Positions 50,953 to 64,000 of a stretch of 64,000 nt of DNA are shown in pieces. The DNA is taken from contig JBFLGF010000200.1 in NCBI GenBank assembly GCA_050230475.1, positions 1 to 64,000 of the forward strand, written 5' to 3'. How positions within the stretch are numbered: position 1 is the first letter of the stretch; every line of letters begins with the position of its first letter. The notes under the pieces are model-generated. The model was not told where the DNA came from, ran no database searches, and was given only the letters and a program-made list of their open reading frames with translations. The translations under genes and the position numbers were made by a program. The stretch is from Ancylonema sp. (Eukaryota).

Positions 50953-52017
50953 TAATCGCCTAAATCCTCTGGTACACAGGCTGGTACTTGTGGTCCATCT
51001 GCAAATATATTTATCGTATAAATACAATGAGAAAAATCTAGCAAGGCAAAACGAGATTCATGGATCTTTTTGGTAAGTCGGACCATTCCTGAACACGGTA
51101 GGAGGGGTAACATACCATGATTCTCCGGTGACACAGGTGAAGGAGGGACTGTGAGTGCCTTCACCGATTGGATAGGTCGATTCGGTAATGAGTGAGGCCA
51201 ATTCAGGGAGTGAAGACCGATAATAAGGCGGAGGAAATTAATACCATCGTAAGTGGAACAAAACAAATCGTATTTCTTCCGTTTTATGGAATCACGTTAC
51301 AAATCCGAGGCCGGATAATGTAGGTATTGATTACTAGTATAATGGACCAGCACAATACAAACAGTTTATAACTCGTTGGAAGACAGACAACGAGGCATTC
51401 GAGCTCCAAATAATTTAGTAGTTTGCTGTAATACATACCTGCCTCTCATTTTATTGAATCTCGTTAGATGTCCGAGGCCGGATTATATACGTACTGGTTA
51501 CTTGCATACTAAACCAGTGTCATACCATGGTGTGTCCCGGACAGAGAATGTCGCAAACCGGCGATAGGCCACCACAAGTCCGACAAGCTACGGAATGCAG
51601 ATTTCTAAAAATATGGGAATCAAAGCTGTAACGGGAACGCAGATCGAAGGAGGTATACACCAGGAAAGGGTGGTCATGCTAGCCTAAGAGGACACTAACA
51701 GGGAGAATCCTGGCATTAATTCTTCCGAGGAATCTGCATGTTTTGACAAATTTGCGAGCAATGAATCTTGGCGACGACTGACACTATTTGGTGCGCTGGA
51801 CAAGGAATACACGGCACGTAGGACCATACAACGAATACATTATAACACGGTAAATGTGATATGTACACGATACAACGTCTGGACACATGGACGTCGACGT
51901 CAACAGACGTACCCGTACATTGGCAGGTCGTCAAATAAAATAATAATACATCATTCTGAACCGGTTAATTTAAAACTTGGAAATAAACCGACAATATTCC
52001 GACAATATTCCCATATA
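50953..52017. repeat. ~1.05 kb non-coding repeat forming the right end of the insertion
   Basis: Collinear similarity to 62205-63251; similarity stops at CCCATAT, about 8 nt before the junction. Confidence 0.85.
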
Positions 52018-52694
52018 TGGAGTGGATGTTGCACCTCTCTGCAGCTGCAACGTGTTACACGAAGTTGGCAACTGTGGCAGGATTGGCCCGTTCCCGCTGG
52101 ATACCCATTGAACAGAAAGAAAATTGACTGCCCGCAACTTTTGAGCCAAAAGTCACCCTTGAGATGGGTCCCACCGGAAGTATTGAACAGCCATTATGGT
52201 AGCTGGACATGCAGCTGTTTAATCAGGCTGGAAGAGCTGGATACTGAGGATGGAAATGGGGATAAGGGCTGTGGCTTTGGCGAACCCGACAAGATTTGCA
52301 TATCAAATCCGTGGCTTCGGATAACCGTGCAAAACATGATGGACAAAACCTGGGGCGCAGAATAAATCGGACTCCTAAACTCTAAACCTCCGACAGAAAA
52401 CACCTCCAAGTGCTCCAAATCTGTCCGAAATCCTGCGCGTTCCGCAATCGTGTCCGCAGCTGCAGAAGGGTAGCTAGTGCAGATTTCAGAGAGCAGTCAG
52501 GCAACTAACTTTAGAGTCAACCTTGCCACTTGTCTCATGGTCAGTTTACACACGGTCGCCCGAGGATCAAGTCGCGTGCCTGTTAGCGCCAGCAACGGAT
52601 AGCAAACGAAAGACAGAGCACTCTGTTGTCCTTGAGGCAGCTGAAGAGACAGCGATTGCGAGCATCTTGTCGCTGTCGTGACTTCGGAGAGACT

Positions 52695-55600
52695 ATGGGG
52701 CTCCCCGAGCGTCGTGCGCATGACGCCCTGGCCACCCTGGACGACTTGTTAGTTTTGCACATTCTACAGCGCATTTGCAATGGCCAGGATTTGGCTTCTC
52801 TTTCCCGTGCTAACAGACGCCTACGCTGTCTAGTAGCTCGTGTCAATCATCTCTCGTTTGAGCATAGATCCTGTCATGGTGCTCTATCTCCGCTCTCCTT
52901 TCAGAGTCTTGTGAAGAGTATGGTGAAGAGGACAGTGAGGCTGGAATATCTCTCCGTGCAATTTGATGCGCGAGGGCCTAGCTCGGCATTTTTCTTGGAT
53001 GGGACAGGTGCGTGACCTTAACGTTAAGAATGAAGTCGAGAAATCAGGACTTCGTGAGATGAAATGTCATTATCAGTCACCAAAGATTGGACAATCTTGT
53101 GAATCAATTCACCAGTCATCTATTGTGGACATTTTGTGGTTCGAGTCTATTTTCTTAGACTGTGTCTGGGTTGCTGCCTTTAGTGTTGCCAATGAAAAGG
53201 ATGCAAAGCGAACTATTTTGTGGAGTCGGCAATGATTCGGAGGCGCAGGTTGCCTAATCTGCTCAGTAACTGTGGAAATGCAGAGGTGGGGATAGAAAAA
53301 CTGCACACTCTAGCGACAAGTGGGCGATCGGATCGAACACAGCCTTGCTTTAATGGCCCTCTGGTCGACATTCTTCAGTGCCCGCACCTACAGCTTCTAG
53401 AGGTCTGCTCCATATCTGGATAATTACTGTTTTTGTCGCAAGGACCGCTGGGATGTCACTTCAGATAGTTGATAGCAGGACTCTTTCCAGCCCTGCCTGG
53501 GGTGATCAAATGGCACAGGGCTGAGTCTGGCAAAGCTGCGGTTCATCTGTGTTGACAATCGCCATTTTTACGTGGTATCAGGAAGTGACACCTGTCGTTT
53601 CGATCTCCTTGCAGCTACACGTGTTCGATCTGTCTTCTATCACCAAATTGCCTTGTCCACCACCTGCATTTTTTTTTTGATAGCAGATGCATTAAGTCAT
53701 GTAATTTCTGCTGATGACAACGTTTCACTTGCAGCTTCATAGTCTATGGCTGTCCTCAGCGCCTCTAGTAGGCCCCAAGCTTTCCTGTTTGAGGACTCTC
53801 CATCTCTCGCAAGTAGAGCTCTGCGATGACTCCCTTGAAGACATCCTCTCGCTCTGCCCCAACCTCCAGGTCAGCATGTCAACCCTATCTCCCGAATCAC
53901 CCACGCTACCCCTTCTTTTCCGAGGCCGAGTCAAAGGTACAATGGAAGATGACGTGAAAACTAAAGTAAAGCAAAACCGAGAACTTTTGAAGAAAATTAC
54001 GTAATCACGAGAACGGTTGCGATGCATGATTCAGGGTCCTGCTTACGACAAACACATTGCTGACGCATGTCTGTGGGGTGGTATGTGAGCAGACGCTGAA
54101 TCTGGAAGCAGTCACTGGGTTGGATTTCCCGCACATTTGTGGTGCCAGTCTTTGTGACCTCTCCGTGGTCCTGCCTACTCTCGCTGACGGGCTCTATGTC
54201 ACTGCGCCACAGCTGAAGCGCCTCTGCGTCAGGTATGTCGACAGCTCCATCTTCGAAGTACATCATCGGCAGCCTGCTCCACGTTGAGCAGCAACAGGCG
54301 TGCACATGCCATGCTGTGGTTCATCATGTATAGAGCCGTTTTGTATATCTCAAAATAAGGTAATGAAGCACAAAAAACGGAAAGAAGTCAACAAAATCAA
54401 ATAAAGCGGAAGAGAGTGGCCATGGCAGGGGCATGAGATGCAGTCATTGAAGGGGGAGTGTTAGACAATGTAGAAATGAAAGAAATGTAGAAAAATGAGG
54501 GCGACTTTTGAAACCAGAATTTGTTGCTGCTGGCGCTGAGACTTGATGTTTGTGCCCTGCAGTGGTGTGGCTGAGATAGAGTTGATCGAGGCCGCCGATT
54601 TGGAGATTCTCCACGTGAGAAGTCACTTGGAGGATCTGCGAGGATCTTTGTCTCTTGTGGAAGAGGTTCGGTTGGACGGCTCTGATTGGCTGTGGGAGTC
54701 AGTGGAGGCTGTGCTGTCGCCCATAGAGAGCCTGCGCCGTCTCATGCTCGATGTCAGGTCGGTGTCTTGGACCATCCATGACTCATGGGGGGAGTGGAAG
54801 TGGTGGAAGGGGTCAATTTCTTGGAACAAACTGGTCTTTGAAGACGGATTTGTGTGGGACCCACCCCTCTCTTGCATTCTCTTTTAACCAACTGATCAGG
54901 GGAGGTTGTAGAGAAAGAGGCAGTGGTTTCTTTTCGGGAGTCGATCCATGGATGGGCTAAGTGATGGGTCGGAGTGTATCAAGAACGAGTTTTCATCCTC
55001 TCTTTCTCGCTCCTCCAGGTTGAGAGATGGAGCGAAGCTGGAGCTGCAGAGCCTGAGTGACAGCTGTCAGCGAGCACAGGAGCTGGTGCTCACAGCTTCC
55101 TTCCTGCAACAAGTGCAGGTAGAGTGGGGGGATTGAAGTATCTCTTGTCCTCCGTGCCCCGGTCTTAAGCGGAACCCCCTCCTGATCAGTGGACACAGCG
55201 CCAAACTATTCTCAGTTTCCGTCTTTCTGTCACCGGATTACTCTGTCACCAGAACATTCCAATATTCGGTCAATAGATATGTGCGTCAAACAGTCGTCCC
55301 ACCCTTTTGTACCCTCTCTGCACTCGGGCTCCAGGAGCAGTGCTGGCAGTGCAGTGTCGTGAAACTACGATTCAATACAAGGTCACAAGAATCATCCACG
55401 CTTCACTTTCTTCATTTCCTTACTCTCCTGTACTCCACGACAAAAAAAGGGTGCCAAAAAAAAGGGTTTTTGCTGTCGTCTGAGAGGGCAACCAGACTGG
55501 GACCGCTCCACTTCTCAGAATGTAAAACATGCTTTGCATCCACTCGCTACCTGTCCATCCATGGTTCATCCGCCCTCTGTTAGCCCTAGATGTCGCATTC

Positions 55601-56330
55601 CACAAACTTAACACCTGCCTCTTGTCCCGTTGACCGATTGACTTATTGACTTATTGACTCATTGACTCATTGACTCATTGACTTATTGACTCATTGACTC
55701 AGTGACTTATTGACTCATTGACTCATTGACTTATTGACTGATGGACTTAGTGACTTATTGACTCATTGACTCATTGACTTATTGACTTATTGACCTATTG
55801 TTTTATGCAGAGTGAGTTCGAGGAGGTGTCGAGCTGCATGGAGGTGTCCATGGGGTCTCTCCTGTTGTCAGAGTACGAGGAGGATGAGGCGCCTGTGATG
55901 AGGCATCTGAAAGAACTCACTCTCACTTGGGATTCCAGCAGCGCAGCCACTTGGGATGTACTGATTCAGCTGCTCAATAAGGCCCCAAATCTGGCCTCCG
56001 TCCAGGTACAGCTCGCCTCAGAGGATGTGAGGCGCTGCGTGTGTCGTTTATTTTTTATTATTGGAGGAGGAATGGAGTGAAGCCATTCACTTGCTGGCGG
56101 TTTCAGTGGGGATGGAGAGAGTGGGCAAAAGATGCGGTAGATGACTGCATTTTGTGTCGTCTCAGTAGACAGAATGGTGGATGACCCTAACTTTTTTTAA
56201 ATGGCTGCAGGTGGTTGCCCTGCAGAGGTCCCTAGGACCTGATGTGGACGCAGGAGGTCTGGCAGCGATTCTCTCAGAGTTATGCTCCGGACAAGGCCTC
56301 AAATGGTCTCTACACGTCGTTCAGATATGA
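52695..56330 (+). CDS. F-box/LRR (FBD-like) protein, copy 2, apparently intact, ~8 exons
   Basis: Same exons as copy 1 with no stop in exon 4; extra 3' exons 55811-56025 (MRHLKELTLTW..LIQLLNKAPNLASV) and 56211-56330. Confidence 0.8.
55635..55800. repeat. 7-mer tandem repeat (ATTGACY)n, intronic
   Basis: Direct reading. Confidence 0.9.
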
Positions 56331-57363
56331 ACGCAACCATGATGACATGATGATGTATACTTATGATGATATTTACTTATGATATGACATAAACTTATGA
56401 TGATGTATATATATATACATACATCCAGAAAACATTGTTATGAAGGGTAGCAAATAGGCGTGGCGTTTTGGTAGTTTTGTCTCTAAAAGGGTCCCTGAAA
56501 TTGGGGTGAATAATCAATTACTTACAGTAGGTATCAGAGTGCTCATGATAAGGGTACCAGTTGATTCAAAGGGGGTAGGAAAAAGGCATATGTATATATA
56601 GATATATGTACATGAGGTGTTATTTATATTAATTATTAGACTACCCTAGAAGCGCCCTGGGTGATTGTTCAAGCACCATGACCCTCACTATCTTCTGGCG
56701 CTTGATCCTGTGGCTGGTATATCGGACCTTCATCTATATGCGGAAAGCAAGAGAACGCGTCACAATCTGCATTGGATATCATGTGCTTTAACAGACAACC
56801 TAGTGCCGACTACACGTATGAAAGCAGCGTTTATTGTCGAAGTTGCATGAAACAGAGACACAGTTTTTACTTGCTTAGATGCGCTGATTGCTTATGTTTT
56901 CTAGCTAGGGCAGGCACTTGCTATTTCTGGCGGTCACAGTCACAGAAGTGTGCATGTGGTTGATAAGGATGTGGATAAAATACAGTAGACTCCTGGGAAT
57001 GTGTAGAAAGTTGAAACTGATCCTAAAACGGATCCAGACACATTTTATACAGACACTCTGCCTCGATCAATTGATTATGAAGATTTTGTTGCTGGGAGGT
57101 ATTGATTTCGCATGTGGCTAGCCCTAATAGCGCTCACAATTACATACCGAGTCAAAAGGACACTACTCTTTAGCAAGCTGTTAGGTGCTGAGAAAAAAAT
57201 CCACACCTCATATCAGCACCACATACAGCAAACATCGAACGTACATCATTTGTCATTACGGGAAAGGGAAGACATCACTCCCTTTCCGTGCACAGATAAT
57301 GGCAGAATAGAAACGGAATGTGGGTCTCATCGCTGGTTGGTTTTCGGACACTTCGAGGAGCGG

Positions 57364-59174
<1,811 letters not shown>

Positions 59175-59502
59175 TCAAACACTCTGTTTCATTTTATTAC
59201 GAAGATAAATTTCGTCATCAGCAGACACACTCAGCAATATCAATTTCGCACATGGCTAGCTCTAATAGCTCTCACAATTGCGTGCTGAGTTACAAAAGGG
59301 CACTAATATTCAGCATGCTGATAAGTGCTAAGAAAATATCCACACCTCGTACCAGCACCACATAAAGCAAACGTCGAACATACATCATTTATCATTACAG
59401 AACAGGAAAGATATCACTCCTTCCCTGCGCACAGGTGATGGCAGTAAAGAAACGGAATGTGGGTCTCATCGCTGATTGGTTTTCGGACACCTCCGGAAGC
59501 GG

Positions 59503-61357
<1,855 letters not shown>

Positions 61358-62204
61358 NAACAAGGCAAGGTATCGCGTGAGTTCTGAACGTGAGTGTTTG
61401 AAACTATGATGTGTGTCATACTCTGAACTCTACCCTTGGCTCTACCATCGCCAAATCAATCGATATGCAGCTCGTAAGAATCTTAGTTAAAGATGTTATG
61501 GATGTTCTAGCCAAAATGCAGACAACGCAGTAAAAATGCTCAGTGTATGCAAGGAAAGCGTTGAATGCCTGTAAGGTCCCGAGCTGCAGCTAGGGCCAAG
61601 ATCCGTTGGCACACTAACTTGTTATCTAGCAATTTCATGATTACGTCTTGACCAAGTATTCCGCACGCGTGTGACAAACGCAACTGCGTATCGCTATCGT
61701 TCTCAATCGACCTATACTGTGCATCGACAACACATTATCGACAGGTGCGCACGTGTGCGACATCACGCACCGCCGCCTAAAGATCTGCCGGGTTTCCCGT
61801 TATTGCCCCTACAACATCTTCATACCCCAATATCGGGAAAGAACCTCCGCCATACTATCGCACGCTCTCAATTGCAATCGGCGGCGCAACTACCATTATG
61901 CGCACGATCATATACGGACCGACATTGTCAACTTCATATACATATATCACCACTTGCCTCATAATACATTTATGTTTCCTTTCCACCCATAATTATATCG
62001 AAATAAGAAGAACACGACAGGTCTCCCTTCCTTCTCCGTTAAGCGTGTATGTAACGAAAATGCGGCGACACTCTCGGACACGTCTTGATCCTGTCGTTAT
62101 ATTGAGAAAAAAAAATGGAAAAAATATGGTGGCAAATTTTTTCAACATCTTTTTTTTTAATCAAAGAAAGAATCAAAGAGAGGGTTTATTATTGAATACA
62201 ATAT

Positions 62205-63251
62205 ATAATCGCCTAAATCCTCTAATACACAGGCTGGTCCTTGTGGTCCATCTGCAAATATATCGTATAATACAATGGGAAACATCTATTAAGGTATAAC
62301 GAGTTTCGTGCATCTTTTTGGTATGTCGAACCATTCCTGTACACAGTAGGAGGGGTAACATACCAGGTAACATACCATTCTCCGGTGCCACAGGTGAAGG
62401 AGGGACTGTGAGTGCCTTCACCCCTTGGATAAATCGATTCGATAATGAGTTAGGCCAATTGGGGGAGTGAAGACAGATAATAAGGCGGAGGAAATTAATA
62501 CGATCGCAAGTAAAAAATCGTATTACTTCTCATTTTATGGAATCTCGTTACAATTCCGAGGCAGGATAATGTACGTATTGATTACTAGTAAACTGAACCA
62601 GTACAAAACAAACATTTTATAACTCACTAGACAACAGACAACGAGGCATTCGAGCTCCAAAAATTTTAGGAGTAGTTTGCTGTAATACATACCTGCCTCT
62701 CATTTTAATGAATCTCTTTACAAGTCCGAGGCCGGATAATATGCGTATTGATTACTAGTATACTGAACCAGTGTAATACCATGGTGTGTCTCGGACATAG
62801 AATGTCGCAAACTGGCGATAGGGCAACACAAATCCGACAAGCTACGGAATGCAGATTTCTAACAATATGGAAAGCAATGCTGTAAAGAGAACGCAGATCG
62901 AGGGAGGTATACACCATGAAAAGGTGGTCATGGTAGCATAAGAGGACACTAACAGGGAGAATCCCAGCATTAATCTTCTGCCGAGGAATCTGCATATTTG
63001 ACAAATTTGCGAGCAATGAATCTCGGCGACGACTGACACTATTTGCTGCGCTAGACCTGGAGTTCACGGCACGTAGGACCATACACCGAATAAATTATAA
63101 CACGGTAAATGTGGTATGTACACGATACAACGTCTCGACACAGTGACGTCAACAACCGTACCCGTACAATGGCAGGTCACCCAAACGTAAAATAAATAAT
63201 TCTGAACCGGTTAATTTAAAACTTGGAAATAACCCGACAATATGCCCATAT
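62205..63251. repeat. Second copy of the insertion's right-terminal ~1.05 kb sequence
   Basis: Collinear with 50953-52017, with substitutions and small indels. Confidence 0.85.
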
Positions 63252-64000
63252 CAGGATTACCACTTGCCACTTGCGGCAACGGAAACGAAACGTCCGACGA
63301 CCGACGACAGACGACGATCGTCAGTCCTTTACACGTGTCGAAATGGCGTTGTAGGCACGCTCCGACGGACCCATTGGTCTCTGGTGATACGGTTGACTTT
63401 CCACAGGAAAGCAACAGGCTTCTAGTCACATGAATCACAGCAATACCATCTTGCCACGTCACCCTCAAAAGCGCCAGAAATGTTTAATTGGCGCAAAAGA
63501 GGCAGTCATGTCAAAAATGTGTCAGATGTTGCGTGCGATCTCGGCTATACCGAGAAAAAAATCACCTGCCACGTGTAGGCGCACTATATCAAAGACACAG
63601 CCCCCTTTCACTGTTATTTCACTGCGTCTGACTGACGATTATCTCAAAGCAGAGAACACCAGTCGAAGTAGGTACTGCCATCGAAGACGATTAAACAAAC
63701 AAGGTTTGGGCAGATCAGTTTTTTTCAACCATGGGTGGCGGGAGACTGGCTGTGGGGCCGACGCAGGCTTCTCGGTCGCCTGAGGTGAACCGTCAACTCG
63801 GGGTGCTTCAGAATATTTAGTTCGATTCTATGTCGAATTAGCACGACAACGCTGGCACTCGTCCGGAAGTCCTACACAGAGCAAACATGATAATAACTCG
63901 ACCTTGAATGTGAACATGTCCTTTGAGAACGAACCTGAATTATACCTACAGATCTTGTGTGGAACCTGAACTTCCCAGCCCTTACCATTGCAGGTGCCGC

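Larger units (their letters stand above)
31332..52025 (-). mobile_element. Large (~20.7 kb; ~14 kb without nested LTR elements) tyrosine-recombinase DNA element, decayed
   Basis: Absent from the paralogous site: 20769 aligns to 31331 and 20771 to 52026. Encodes two YR domains plus Ulp1-like and coiled-coil/ZnF genes; no TSD, TIR or own reverse transcriptase seen. Confidence 0.7.

Noticed and set aside
33888..56330. Zisupton/KDZ element suggested by Ulp1 plus F-box proximity
   Set aside because: No KDZ transposase motifs seen, and the F-box gene lies outside the insertion and is present at the empty site
61359..64000. Short ORFs at the right end of the window
   Set aside because: No domain similarity or splice-consistent structure recognisable

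Overview
Eukaryotic, intron-rich nuclear DNA from a draft scaffold with single-N joins at 24293, 27142 and 61358. Gene content (plant-type DGS1/NCA2, RabH, F-box/LRR) suggests a green plant lineage, probably a streptophyte alga; this is an inference. Host genes are a partial LRR (RNI-like) gene, VPS36 (-), a JJJ1/DNAJC21-type DnaJ zinc-finger gene (+), DGS1/NCA2 (-), an F-box/LRR gene (+) and two tandem RabH/Rab6 copies (-). The DnaJ-DGS1-F-box block occurs twice. The second copy carries a ~20.7 kb insertion (31332-52025) that is absent, to within about 1 nt, from the first copy, with no visible TSD or TIR. The insertion encodes two divergent, intron-containing tyrosine recombinase (YR) domains in tandem near its right end, possibly spliced into one protein. 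The downstream YR resembles, by eye, Crypton/DUF3435 (Starship captain-like) enzymes. The insertion also holds a Ulp1/C48-like gene, a coiled-coil/zinc-finger gene and a 3x75 bp repeat, and its ~1.05 kb right-terminal segment recurs at 62.2-63.25 kb. It has been invaded by two nested non-autonomous Ty1/copia elements, a ~1.3 kb inversion lies between LTR copies, and its genes carry many nonsense codons consistent with C>T decay. Best candidate for a novel system: a large cargo-carrying dual-YR DNA transposon outside fungi.
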